From the NCBI GenBank assembly GCA_004022145.1, contig RCNU01000005.1: 64,000 nt of DNA; one strand, written 5' to 3'. The position numbers and the translations under genes were made by a program. The notes under the pieces were generated by a model. That model did no database searches. It had not been told where the DNA came from and saw only the letters and a list, made by a program, of their open reading frames with translations. Shown one piece after another: positions 12,501 to 25,610 of the stretch; the first letter of the stretch is position 1, and every line of letters begins with the position of its first letter. The DNA is from Paecilomyces variotii. Its lineage: Eukaryota.

Positions 12501-13564
12501 CACAATTGATTCAACCTGAAGGACAAGCATTGTCGCTCTCGAAGCTTGTTTCCCCGTTTTTGAGGCCGGGGATGTTCTGATCAAGAAGGTTGATGCTTAA
12601 GGATCGATATGCCTTTTGGCGGTACCCGAGTCAGTTGTGACCGGACTTCAAGGAGAGCGTGGGATATGTAGGACTCCGACTCATGCGGTAGTCAGATCTT
12701 CTCATTTTGTGGCCTACATGCGCCAAGTTCAGAGACCACGAGCATTTTTCCTACACAAAGTTGTTTGCGTGGGAGATATCATCGATAAGGCTTGTGATGC
12801 ATGTGAGTCTAGTTACTGCACCTTTGATACCTCTGGTTCTTGACTCTGACTTTTCAGGCTGAGATTGACTGATTCAGGCGTTAAGAGGCCGCACTCTGGC
12901 GGGAGCTATCAGTTTCGATGGGTCTTACACGGAGGCTGGCTTCGATCTGAAGCTGAGATAGCTGGTCTGTATTCACTTCCCATGGAATCGCGTTGGCACG
13001 GCTGTCTTCCGATCTTATCGAGGCATGTCAGATCTAGGACCAGACCTCTAAGGAGTTCTGCTTTTTGGTCTAGTCGTCTAGTCGACTTCCGTCAAGGCAT
13101 GGTTGAGCTTGTTCGCGAGATAAGAAACAGCGATGTCCCGGCTGACGCCTTCCGCAGACTCGCCGTTATTGAATCCTTTGAGCTGAATTCATGTCAATTT
13201 CAATTACCTATACAAGCAATCGCAGCTCTCGTTAGGTGAACAACCTGTTCGGGATATTTTATTGACCTTGTGCCGAGCGTCGGATTTAAGATCGATTTAA
13301 CGTCTAAAGACCGGGATCGGATTGCCGATCTGGTACGGATATACGGTTTAACTATACAGTTTACGGAAAAAATCCCCCCCGCACCCAACGGCCGAAACAC
13401 TGACGTATCGGACTTGTGGGCACGATGGGACGAGTTGAAAAAACGCTCCTGCAGCTTTTTAAATAGACTTAATTCTCCGCGGTGGAATATCAATTGGAGC
13501 TACGTCTTGTCTGCCAAATTGAATTTTTTTTTTACAAGCAGATCTTGTCTCCAAACCATCAACC

Positions 13565-14862
13565 ATGGCTTTCCCGTACAAGAAAATCCTCGTTCTCGGC
13601 GCTACTTCCGGTTAGTTAGCTCTCAATTGGTCCCTTCATACGTCGTCTAGACAGACACAATTATTGATATACGCACAGGAATCGGCCTGGCCCTCTCCGA
13701 GCGCTTCATCGAACGGGGCATCTTCGTGATCGCAGTGGGCCGCCGCAAGCAGAATCTCGACGAGTTTGTCCAGAAGCACGGCTCCGATAAGACAGTTGCT
13801 ATTCAGTTCGACATCAGCAAGCTCGATGCCATCCCGGCCTTTGCTGAGAAGTAAACCCCCGCCTTCTCCCCCGCGCAGAATAAGCGTGAGAATGCATTGG
13901 TTATCGTTGTCTAACTGCTCTGAATGTGCTCAGTGTCATCAAGTCTCACCCAGACCTGGACTGCATCTTCCTGAACTCGGGAATGCAGCGCGGTGCGGAC
14001 TTTAGCAAACCTGAGTCGTTGGATATCTCGTTGTTGGTCGAGGAGATGACGGTAAGTGTGCATTGATTGTCCTTGCTATCTATGCTTCAAGAGAAATCAA
14101 AGATCTAATAATTTTGCCGAATAGGTCAACTACCTCTCGTACCTTGCTTTGTCCAAGGCCTTCCTGCCCTTCCTCCTAGCGAAGAAGGAACCTACTTCTC
14201 TGATTGCGTGAGTGTACCTCATGATCTGGAACTGGCTATCATGACCAAGTACGACACAACGAGAATCGAACTGACCATTTATCAAGCACGAGCTCCGGCC
14301 TCTCCATGATCCCGCTATACAGATGCCCTAACTACTCCGCCTCCAAGGCGGCACTGCACCACTGGCTGCTGGTCCTGAGATGGCAGCTTAGGGACACAAA
14401 CGTGAAGGTTATTGAGATCTTCCCGCCTGCTGTGCAGAGTAAGTCAAGTCATTTCATCCAAATCAAATCAAGTCCTCCATTTTCAAATCGGCCCACTAAT
14501 CAACCAACCTTACTACTCACAGCTGAACTCCACGACGCCAAATACCAGCCTGATATCATCGATGGTCGGAACTTGGGTATGCCTCTGAAGGATTTCACAG
14601 ATGAGGTAAAACGCCCCTGTTCTCTCAACATCCTTTATTATTGCTATTATTTTTCATATTCTATCTTACTAACCGAATAACGTAGACGATGGAAGGTCTC
14701 CTCGGAGGAAAAGACCAGATCCCCGTCGGAATGTCCAAGATCGCCTTCGACAGCTGGGAACAGGAGCGACAGAAGGGCTTTGCGAAGATGACGGAGATAA
14801 CCAAGGCAGATGCTGATAAGAAGGCCGCCGCCGCTGCTGCTGCTGCTGCTAGTGGGAATTAG
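13565..14862 (+). CDS. Short-chain dehydrogenase/reductase; multi-exon
   Basis: MAFPYKKILVLGATSGIGLAL (Rossmann GxxxGxG), LNSGMQ, catalytic YSASK, VKVIEIFPPAVQ; ends ...KKAAAAAAAAASGN* at 14862. Confidence 0.88.
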
Positions 14863-16424
14863 AAGGCTCGACTGATCAAGGAAAGTTATCTTCTGAGTTG
14901 AGTGAGGTTAGTTATGTGATGTGGGGTGAGCTGATAAAGGTATGAATGAATGAATGATCGAGTGAGTAAAGGATGGGTTGGTTATAAGTATTAGATGGGA
15001 TAGGATAGGTTCTGGATATGTATATATGCATGGCTCTCGCTCTCTCTATAGACACACATACATACATACATAAGTTACATGTGAATACAAAGATATTGTT
15101 ATCCATAAATCTATAAATCCAAAAAAAAAATAAAATAAAATAAAATAAAATCCGCGAATCGCAACCTCTCTTTAAATTTGTCTATTCCTTTCCTCTGTCT
15201 ACTCTACAACATATAGACCCTTGACCCTAAACCGGTATATATATCTATATCTCCCTTAGCTAGATCCAATATAACTACTGCATGTAATATATAATAATAT
15301 ATCACACAACAATTACCCACGGAGTAGAAGTAGAAGGAGAACTGCTGTAGGACCGATTAACCGGGTAATAATGCGGGTCGTTCCCAGTTTAGTTCCCAGA
15401 GTCGAGTCATAGGGGGGTAGTAAGGTAGGTAGGGATGAGATACCATAAATTTTGTGCATTCACCGCGTTATAGAAATAAGGATGATGCATTACTGTATAT
15501 TTATATATATGTTTCCGGTTAAGATCATGTCTTTAATAACTGTGACTTTGTTATTGTATAGTAGCTGTAAGGAAGTACAATAATATGTTATTGTGTTCCA
15601 AGACTACATGTCGAAATAAGATACTCTAGTTAACTATTGATTGATTAACTACCGGGTTGGCGATGTATGTACCTGACTAAAGCTTAGCCTAACTATCTTT
15701 TCCCCAGAATAATTAATCAAGAAATTCGTTGATACTGTCCAATTAGTCGTCAGCTAGTTACTAGACTGGCATCCGCTCATCGCCGCGAGGGGGCGCGGGC
15801 CGTGGCCAGGGGAGGCTGGAGCATGCCAGAAGGCCCGCGACGGACCAATCGCGACACGACCGCCCCTGCGCCATCGCCTACCATTCGGACGGCGCTATCC
15901 AGGGCAGTCTTCGAGCTGTTTAGCTGGAGATAACTTTCTCTACGGGCGAAGAGATGAGATGCCGGCCACCAGGATCCATTTTGGACACATGATTGTTGCT
16001 GGCGGGTGGGAACGCAAACGCGCAAGGGCCGGTCAGAAATGATGATACTTACTCAGTATGAGCATCGATTGCTTAAAATGAGCGACATGCCATCTGTCCA
16101 TAGCTATGACCGGATTCTTCTCTTACCTTTGATCTTCTGTTGCTGCTGTGCTGTTCCATCCTCTTGAGTGAATCTACACGACCACGAACCCCCAGGCAGT
16201 TTTATTCGAGTGCTCCCAGAAGCCGTGGCCCGCTGTTTGCTTGAAATTTAGCATCTATAAGCACCTACCGTAGTCTCCTCTCGCAAACAAGCCGTCTAGC
16301 TCTTATTGCATACTGCGAAATCTCACCAGTACCCCGTCATCGATTCACGATCATCACAACCGCCATAGACCATTGAGAGTGTTGGATCTGAAGAGAAGCA
16401 GAGACTAGGTCTCGAACGGTCAAC

Positions 16425-17392
16425 ATGCAGCTCGGACCGAGCGCCATCCCCGCGGTCTGTACATTCATTGCTTTCATTCTGGGCATGCTGTGCCTGTTTG
16501 CCGGTTCTCAGAAGGGCATTCTGGACGGATCAGCGGACATTTTGACTGTACGTGACAGCCTCCCCGTGAATCGATGTATGCGGTGATATCTGACGGATCT
16601 CGTGTTGTAGCTCAATACGTCCCAGATCGGACAGGCCAGCTCCTATGGTGCTGTCAGTAGCTACGGCGCCAGTGATCCTGCCCCGGAGCTGGGAATCTAT
16701 GACTTTTATGCGATTCACGTCATGTCGTATTGCGAAGGATATTTCAAGATCAGTGACACGGGTGCCGCAATACGCAACGTGACCGGCTGTTCGAATCGCA
16801 CTGTACTCTTCAACTTCGACCCGACAGACGTGCTCTCCGGGGAGCTGAACGACGGCGTGAACCTGTCTGACATCAATTGGTCCGACGCCATCGATGATGA
16901 CTTCGAAGTGCTGTCCACGACCACCAAGGCGATGGCGATTCTGTACTGCATTGGAACCGGGGCGACAGGATTGGCCGTCGTGGCAGGGGCATGGCTAGTC
17001 TTCACCGGAGGACGGACTCAGGCGATCGCAGAGCTTCTCTTGTCGATGGTAAGTCGTGACATTCCCAGCACATCATCCATAATCCTGTTCAGAGCCTTTT
17101 ACCGGGCTAACATGATCTCCTCTTGTTGTTGTAGCTTGGGTTCATCGCTCTCGGGACCTCGTCGGCCATCGCGACGGTCATGGCCATGAAGTTCGTCGAC
17201 CTCATCAACCGACACGGGAAAGCTATTGACGTCTCGGCCACGCGGGGGGACAAGTTCCTCGGTATGACGTGGGCAGCTGTTGGACTCCTGTTAGTAGCCA
17301 TCCTTAGCAGCCTCCTGATGGTGCTGGGAGGCAGACCGGCTGCTGCTCCACCGCCAGCAGATGAACCAGCCAAGGAGCCGGCGGAGGAGTGA
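16425..17392 (+). CDS. SUR7/PalI-family membrane protein; 3 exons
   Basis: N-terminal TM segment (FIAFILGMLCLFAG), LGIYDFYAIHVMSYCEG...C motif, three further TM segments, GDKFLGMTWAA. Confidence 0.82.
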
Positions 17393-19921
17393 TGGGATAA
17401 CCAGCTATCATAATAATATGGAGAATTCGCAAGACCACGACACCGGCATGACGCGCAGCCGTGGAGAGCAAAAACTTTTTCCAACTAAACGCAAAGACAG
17501 AGCCAACACGGGAAGAAAATCGCCAAGTAGGGAAAAAGAGCCTGCGTGCGTCACGGCGATGCGAAACCTGCAGAAAGTCGAGGAAACAAACGATTATCGG
17601 CCCTATCCTAACTTACGTCACTGGTCCCGGTGTTGCTGTTGACTAAGTAAGCTATTCCAGGTTTAGGGTTGCTTATGTCATCCACAGGCAAGAGGAACTT
17701 AACGAGTTCCTTCATAATTCATCGACAAATGAATGATTATTGATTAATGACTTTGCTAATCACTGTTTTTGCATGCCAGCGCTCAATGATGTCCTTGACT
17801 ACTTCTGCAGCGGGTTTGTTCTCGGGTTCGCAGTCATCGTGTGTGTCTATGCGGTGGGCTATGTATTATTTGATGATCAGCATCGCAGGCAGGCAGGTCC
17901 GCTGCATTTCGCTAGTTCTGAAGAGTAATTAATTTAATTAATTGCTTTTTTCTTTTGTTTCTTGTTGCTTCATATCCGTCCCACTCTAGTTTAGCCTGCT
18001 AATCTAAGCAAGCCACATTTGCGACCGACGTCACCGAACGGTGGATCGCCGGTGGATCGTCCGTAGTCTGTTCGTACTTCACTTGCTCCTTGTGGTCTCG
18101 AGCATCCATAGCACGCTCTGTTCCTGAATAATAATAATAAATATACAGCTGGTCCTCAACGGCCATTTGACTCGAGGCTGGAGCGGGGCGATGGGCCCGT
18201 TTTGCATGGCCAGATCTCTGCCGAAGCTCCGAGTGCCATATCAACCCGCGGTTGGTCCATCGGAGAGTGTCCTGGAGACATGGTGTAGCGAAAGTCTGGT
18301 GTTCATCTGGACTGTTTTGTTTGCTGTCCGCTCGGGATGCTTCGAGTCTGTCCAGAGCCTCAGAGGCATGCATCATGGGAGAACATGGTAAAAAAAGTGG
18401 ACGAATGTAGACGAAGGCAGCGTCACCATTATTCGCGGGTTTTCGGCCGTCGTCCCCGTGTTCTTCAACGTAGGCGTCGAAGGTTGCAACGTTGTGCTTC
18501 ATCGCTAGTGTAATTGTATCCCGTACAGTGAGTAGTAGCAGATGATAGATGGAGCTCAGGAATGTCTGTGCAGCGAGCCTGGTGACGAAATCACGCATCC
18601 CGTTGCTACCCAAAAGACCTGACATCCATCTATAACCGGGGGTCATCAAGGAGGGCGGACGTCCAGTTAAGTTAGGGCTGACTGGCGATACTCTAGTAGA
18701 CCTGCGAGAGTTCCAGTGTGACCACTCGCAGTCGCTGCATTACCTAGGTACTACTGTATTCCTGAGGGACCCGGCGGGAAGACAATGATAGGATATACAC
18801 GTGAAGTTGGTACACACAGTACGATAGACCGCGAATAGACGAACCTGACGAATTCTCCTGTGGTACAGACATCCTGGTGCTCCGGTACGACACAGAAGGA
18901 CTTGAGGATAATGCTCATGACCCTATAAGCGGTCCTAGAGGAACATCAGCAACGGAAGGAGCGTACATACCATACATCCTGATTGCTAGCTAGCAGCAGG
19001 CGGTCGTACAGAAGACGGAGTACAGTGATGCGGTCGGACCGAGCAAGGTGAAAAGCGGACCGGAAGAAAACGATCATGAAGAAACCGTTTAAACAGTTTT
19101 AGTCTAGTCTGGATAGTCTGAGCGTCCACTTCCGTCCAGGGCTCTTCCGGAAGTTGCCATTGGGAGGGGCAACCCCCGCCATGGCCCGAGCGGTGCCTAC
19201 CATACCATATTATTCTAGAGTAACTAGTAGGTAGTTATTAGTTAGTCCCATCGAACTCGGAAGAGAAGTAAAGTACCTTAGGTATGCTCTAACTAGGCGC
19301 AGGCTAGATGAGGCTGTCCAGTAGTCGACGCGATGCACGCCATAGTAAGCAACCCTGCGGAGTCCGGGGGTTGCCAAGGAGGCAGTATGGGAACAGGAAG
19401 GAGTAAAGAAACCAACGGGAATAGTATCACCGCGTGAAGTCAGAGACGGGTGGAACAGCAATGAAACCGATGGAGAGTGACCGGTGAGAGAAAAAAGCAG
19501 AGTAGTTAGATAGAATAATACCATAATACTAATAATACTAGAATAATCCTACGCGGACTTCTTTTCCCGGTCAACGATCGAGCTTGTTTGAAGGACCCGC
19601 GATGATGTCGTCGTGCCTGCCTTCATTGAATCATCGCCCCCGCTGCCCCCTCCTTCTCCTCCTGCTTTCTCTCCTGCTCTCATTCTCTCATTCTCTCTCT
19701 CAAGGTTTCCCTCGAGCATAAAAGAACTCTCCTCTCCCTTCTTTTCCTCTGATTTCTCCACATCTCTCCCTCCACTCTACTCTACTCTGCTCTACTGTCC
19801 TCTGCGGAATCAGGTGTAGTACACGATAACATCTGATCCAAACTGCCATCTACATTAGCTTTTCTGACCACACACGTTTCCCTTCCCATCGAACAGATCG
19901 AACGATTACCATACTGCCACA

Positions 19922-21088
19922 ATGGGTAAGAAGGCTATTCACTTTGGAGGCGGCAACATCGGCCGTGGCTTCGTGGCAGAGTTCCTGCACGAGTCCGGCT
20001 TCGAGGTCGTCTTTGTCGATGTGATGGATGCCATCATCGAATCACTCCAGAACACCAAGTCATACCAGGTCACCGAAGTCAGTGAGAAGGGTGAGACCAC
20101 CAAGACCATTGACAACTACCGCGCCATCAACTCCAAGAAGGAAGAAGCGGCCGTGGTCAAGGAGATCGCGACGGCGGACGTCGTCACCTGCGCTGTCGGC
20201 CCCAACGTGCTCAAGTTCATCGCTCCGGTCATTGCCAAGGGCATTGACGCTCGCACTGAGAAGAGACCGTTGGCCGTCATTGCTTGCGAGAACGCCATCG
20301 GAGCCACCGACACTCTGCACGGCTTCATCAAGGACAACACTGACCCGGAGCGCGTCAAGTCCCTCTACTCGCGAGCCGCGTTCGCCAACTCTGCCATTGA
20401 CCGTATCGTCCCTACCCAGCCTCCCGATGCCGGACTCAATGTCCGCATTGAGCAGTTCTACGAGTGGGTGGTCGAGCAGAAGCCCTTCGGTGAGTACGGT
20501 CACCCGGACATCAAAGCCATCCACTGGGTGGACAACTTGGAACCATACATCGAACGCAAGCTGTTCACCGTCAACACGGGACACGCCACGGCGGCCTACT
20601 ACGGTTACAACGCGGGAAAGAAGACCATCCACGACGCCCTGAGTGACTCGAAGATCCGTAGTATCGTTCACAACGTCCTGGACGAGACTGCGTGTCTCAT
20701 CGTCGACAAGCACAATATCTCCGCGCAGGAGCAGAAGGACTACGTCAACACCATCATCAGCCGCATCTCCAACCCGTATCTGGAGGACGTCGTCGACCGC
20801 GTTGGCCGTGCTCCCCTGCGGAAGCTGTCCCGCAAGGAGCGTTTCATTGGCCCTGCCTCTCAGCTTGCGGAGCGTGGCAAGAAGTTTGACGCTCTCCTGG
20901 GCTCAGTCGAGATGGCCCTACGTTTCCAGAACGTCCCCGGCGACGACGAGAGTGTCGAACTGGCCAAGATTCTCAAAAGCAAGTCGGCAGCCGAAGCAAC
21001 CGCCCAGCTCACTGGTCTGGAGGAGTCTCACCCTCTGTACCCGCATGTGTTGAAAGTGGTGGAAAAGGTTCAGAAGGAATCGAAGTAG
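19922..21088 (+). CDS. mpdA: Mannitol-1-phosphate 5-dehydrogenase
   Basis: [58 protein letters not shown]; 388 aa with strong codon bias. Confidence 0.96.
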   Translation: MGKKAIHFGGGNIGRGFVAEFLHESGFEVVFVDVMDAIIESLQNTKSYQVTEVSEKGETTKTIDNYRAINSKKEEAAVVKEIATADVVTCAVGPNVLKFIAPVIAKGIDARTEKRPLAVIACENAIGATDTLHGFIKDNTDPERVKSLYSRAAFANSAIDRIVPTQPPDAGLNVRIEQFYEWVVEQKPFGEYGHPDIKAIHWVDNLEPYIERKLFTVNTGHATAAYYGYNAGKKTIHDALSDSKIRSIVHNVLDETACLIVDKHNISAQEQKDYVNTIISRISNPYLEDVVDRVGRAPLRKLSRKERFIGPASQLAERGKKFDALLGSVEMALRFQNVPGDDESVELAKILKSKSAAEATAQLTGLEESHPLYPHVLKVVEKVQKESK

Positions 21089-22005
21089 GATGATCGCCTC
21101 TCTCTTCAACACTCTTACACTCCCCCAACATGTTGGGTTGATCCTGGCACTCATTCATGATAAAAAAGGAACGATAATCGATCCAGAATTTGAACGCATA
21201 CATTAGGTGCGATATGTTCAGCCCGCGGGACCGAGCTTGAACGGGAAAGGCATCGGCGAAGGACGGCGCGACGGTTTTTCCTCACATCGGATGGGATTGC
21301 GGGCATGACTATAATGATGTGACTTCATTAGGTGCAGAGCATGATACCTCTAGAAATGAAGTAAAGTTAGTTAGACAGACCATTCCCGTGCAGAGTTGTA
21401 CTGTAGTAACCGTACCATGCATTTTATGACAACATAGAATCGACTGCGCCATATACAGCCGCGGACTCTGCTTTCCGCAACTGGTGATTGGTGGCATTCC
21501 CCGGATCTATCGGATCCCCAGTGTGGTTGGATTTGGAAGTCGGGTCCACGGAATTGACCGCAGCCAGATGCTCAACGACCTGCCCTGCTTTCCTGCCCAA
21601 GACATTATTAGCCATCCTGTCTGCCAGGGTTGGAGAATAATGGGAATGAGGGGCTCGCAGCTATCTGTTGGTGACAAGTTACTATGAAATGGCTCGTAAT
21701 GCCTTTTAGTCAATACTAAAACATTCTCATTAGTTACGAAACTTATTCGTTGGATATTTTTCAATTGAAAGAGAAAACGAAACAAAGTATGATGAGCATT
21801 ACCTCTAGATCAGTATATAGTTATGCGTGTTTAGAGTCATGATAGCTGTAGAATCTGGTGATAATATGATATGGTATAGTATATATTTTATTTCTTCTTG
21901 CTTTTCCTCTTTCGAAACAACCTAAGATTCCATCCGGCTCATTTTATACCCGCTGGGTGTCTCCATGTAGGTTTCTGCTGCAATAAACCATATCAACAAA
22001 CAAAT

Positions 22006-22978
22006 TTACAACTTACTATCCACCCACTTCGGCTCTCTCTTCTCCACAAACGCCTTCACGCCCTCCTTCATATTCTCTCCCTCATTCAACCTCTTCTCCC
22101 AATTATCAATCAACAACCTCGACCCATCCTCCGCACCCACCCCTTCCCAACCCATCTTAATCCCCTCCCTCGTCACAATCACCGAATCAGGACTATTCGC
22201 CGCAATCCCCTCCGCAACATCCACCGCTCTCTTCACCACCTTCTCCGAAACCACCTCCTCCTCATCCCCCTCCCCCACAACCACAACCTCATTCACAAGT
22301 CCCCATTTCTCCGCTTCCTCTGCAGAGACCGTTCGACCCGTCAAAGCCATCTCCATCGCGCGCTGCCGACCAATCGTCCGCACAAGACGAGGTAGTCCGC
22401 CTGCGAGAGCGAAGACGCCGCGCTTGACTTCCGGAAGGGCGAAAACTGCTCGTGATGAGGCGATGTTGAGGTCCGAGTTGATGATGATTTCGCATCCGCC
22501 GCCGAAGCAGAGGCCGTTGATGGCGCAGATGATGGGTTTCTTGCCGCTGCGCCGGGATAGGCCGCCGAAACCGGATGGGGGGGTTGTTAGTTTGTTGTTG
22601 GTGGTGGTGGTGGTGGTTTGGAGGTTCCATTCTGATAATAATAATGATAGTTAGATACTTTTTTTTCTGAATCATTAATATAGTTATAGAGATATATATA
22701 TATCTCTCCCTATATATCTATATGTATGTGTGTGTGTGTGTGTGTGTATACATACCCTTCAAATCAGCCCCAGCACAAAAAGCCCTCCCTTTCCCTGTGA
22801 AGATGGCCACTTTCAACGATGGTTCTGCATCAAACCATTCCCAGATATCATGCAGTTCGACGTGACCGGCGACATTGATGCAGTTGAGGGATTTGGGTCG
22901 ATTCAGTGTGACGAGGAGTATATCAGGGCGCGGGAAGGAGATGATGCAGTATGTTGTTGTGGGTGGGGGGGATAGCAT
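22006..22978 (-). CDS. Enoyl-CoA hydratase/isomerase (crotonase) family protein with PTS1 (-SKL); 2 exons
   Basis: VTLNRPKSLN, GRAFCAGADLK, KPIICAINGLCFGGGCE, FALPEVKRG, ends WVDSKL*. Confidence 0.9.
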
Positions 22979-23091
22979 TGTGATGAGATTTCTTCGGGGG
23001 TTTTTCTTTGGGAAGAATAATGAGGGTGTTTGATGTTTATATCGGAATGAGGATATATATATCAGTAATTCGGTCTCGCGAATCGAAACTG

Positions 23092-23122
<31 letters not shown>

Positions 23123-23135
23123 CGATCGATCGATC
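23092..23135 (+). repeat. (GATT)n/(GATC)n microsatellite
   Basis: gattgattgatt...gatcgatcgatc. Confidence 0.85.
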
Positions 23136-23935
23136 GTCAAGGTTGACTCGCGTAGGTACACTTCTCTCTTAGCGCAAATACTTCCCTTGAAATAAGAACA
23201 AGGATGAAAAAGTAGCGGAAATAACAACAATTTAAGAATAAGGTAGTAACTCCTGCGATCCTCAGAGTTAGGTACGAGTTACGAGTTACGAGGTACGAGT
23301 TACGAATAATGAATGGCGAACCCCCTCAACAGGTTAACTACCTATCTGATGTTCTCCTGGCGGTGGCGGTCTAAGATTTTGCGGGGAAGAATATGTAACC
23401 CCAACCAATGGAATTGGAATTCCAGTTCGGAGTGCGAGCCGAGGGCCGAACTTGGAGGGGAGGGGAGGGGAGGGGGTTTTCCGTGATTTGTCTTTGATAT
23501 GAGTATCCGTATTATAGTATTATGATCGTCGATTAGGGTATAGTATAATTGTCGGTTGGGGTGGGTAGGTTGATATGTGTTTTATTCCGGGGAAGGGATG
23601 GATTGATTGCTTGACGAGGTTCTTTGTTGTTGGGGTTGACTACGAAGTACGATGGTTGAATGATGAAAAGTCAAAGTGTAGTAGATTAACTAGCACTATA
23701 CATGGTACCATACCAAACAAGGGATATCAATGCAGAGCTTTAACAGCATGGTTCCTCCTATCCACGCAATTCTTGGTTCGTTTCATGTCATGTCCTCTTT
23801 CCTGCCTCGAACGCCGCGGGTGATATACTATAAAAGAAAAGAACAAATGTTGGAGGGTCGCAACAGAAGAAGAATACTTAAAAGATCAGACATGGACAGA
23901 CAAGTCGTGATATGTAATGTCCCGGATGTAATCAT

Positions 23936-25610
23936 CTATCCTTTCGTGATCCATCCACTGTGCACCATAAAGTCGTAGATCCGACTTGTCTTGGTAACGT
24001 CGATCTAGAAGAAAGTCAGCAATACTCGTTAGCGACAGAGCCCATTCGACTCACCTTGCAGAGTGTCCGAGCGTCTTTCTTTTTCAAACTACCGTTCTGT
24101 TTCATGGCTTCCTTCAAGAGCGCCTCCTTGACCACGAGATACGGCTTCGGCTGCATGTGAAGTACATTGCAGAGTTCGACTTCTTCTTTGGTCAACAAGT
24201 GCAAGTCGGGCGCCCCGTCATTCTCAAGCTTCCAAGGCGTCACCCCACTCAGCGGTTGGACGACGTATTTCGACTTTGCCGGTTGTGCCGTGTCGATGCC
24301 GTCCCCATTGCTGGCGAACATCCGATCGAAATCATTCATCGGAGGCTTGGTCTCTGGAGCTGGCTTAGTCGTTGCCTTCTGCTGTTGCAGTCGCAAAGGC
24401 AGCTCTGGAGCCGTGAGCTGACTGGCGGCAGATGGCTGGTCGGGTTGCTGGGACTGCTTCGGACGCGCACTGGCTAATCGGTCAAATGAGCCTTGCGGGA
24501 TGGCTCTCTGCGCCCTCTGCAGCTTCTCCTGCTCGTACTTCTCGCCGCTCTTGAGGTCCCCAATGCCCATCTGGCGCCATTCCTGCAACTGGGCGATGGC
24601 GAGCCGCAGGTTGTGTTCATATTCAAGACCCTTGCAGAATTCCTCAAAGTCGTCGTGGTTCATCATCCGGGAAAACGGCTTCGCCTTGTTCAGCAGATCC
24701 CTCTCTTCTTTGGTACGCTTCTTCTCCTGAGCAGTATTTTTCCGGTATTCGAGCAGGTTGTGCTCGAAGAGAATCTTCTTGCGCTCCGTCCGTGCCGTCA
24801 GTCGGGAATTGTAGATCTCCATGACCGTCATCTTCAACTCCATCTCCGGCTCCATCTCGCCCTTCTCGTTGAGGCCATTGCCAGGTTCGAAGGTCATGTG
24901 CTGCACGGCCTCTTCCGCCTCATTCAGGAACTCCGTCTCAAACTCCAATCGACCGGGCATGTATCCTTGAACCTCATGGCAGGCCGGTACACTAGCAGTA
25001 GGCTTCTGCTTCGGTGTTGCGGGTGGCGCGGATTTGGCTGCCTCTTTGCGCTCTTCGATCCGTCGCTTCTTCCGCGCCTGGAACTCCTCCTTGGGGATAC
25101 TGTCCTGAAGGCTCGTGTCATGGGGGTCCGCACGCGCCGGAAGGGGGAAGTTAGGACTGTTGATGTATGTGTCGATATAGTGATCCCGGACTTCATCTTT
25201 GGTCCGATAGCCACCAATATGATCGGCGATATCCGCCCATGAACCCAAACCGTAGATTTCCGCACCTTCCAGGAGCAGCAGCTCCTCATCCGCACCCCAG
25301 TCCTCCGTGTAGATGGGCACTGAGTTCTGCTCGATTACTTGGTACGGATGCGTCCTGGGATCATGGTTCTTGGAGCTCTTCCCTTCCGAGAAACAGGGGA
25401 CGCAGAGGTCGTACTCAGGGCATGCACTGTGCGCGCACGATATCCGGACCTGCAAACACGGTCAGTCTCCTCCCTTGGCCGACTCCCTTCACCATCATAT
25501 AGGTTGCCCAGACTTACCGTCGAGGTCACGTCGACGGAGCAGACATCGCAGTGGTATTTGGTGCCTCCCTCGGTGCCGCGCTGGGCGGTCTTCTTTCTTA
25601 TTACACCCAT
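23936..25610 (-). CDS. ADA2: SAGA/ADA complex subunit Ada2 (ZZ, SANT, SWIRM); 3 exons; conserved start at 25610, possible upstream start at 26021
   Basis: MGVIRKK...[33 protein letters not shown] (ZZ), [29 protein letters not shown] (SANT), [14 protein letters not shown]-terminal [25 protein letters not shown]. Confidence 0.95.

Noticed and set aside
17999-18649. 216 aa minus-strand ORF upstream of mpdA
   Set aside because: No recognisable family, codon bias or splice pattern; cannot be supported without BLAST or RNA data
20060-20713. 217 aa antisense ORF and other alternative-frame ORFs over mpdA
   Set aside because: Shadow ORFs of a GC3-rich, highly biased CDS
24493-25242. 249 aa antisense ORF within ada2
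   Set aside because: Antisense shadow with non-ATG start and no recognisable domain
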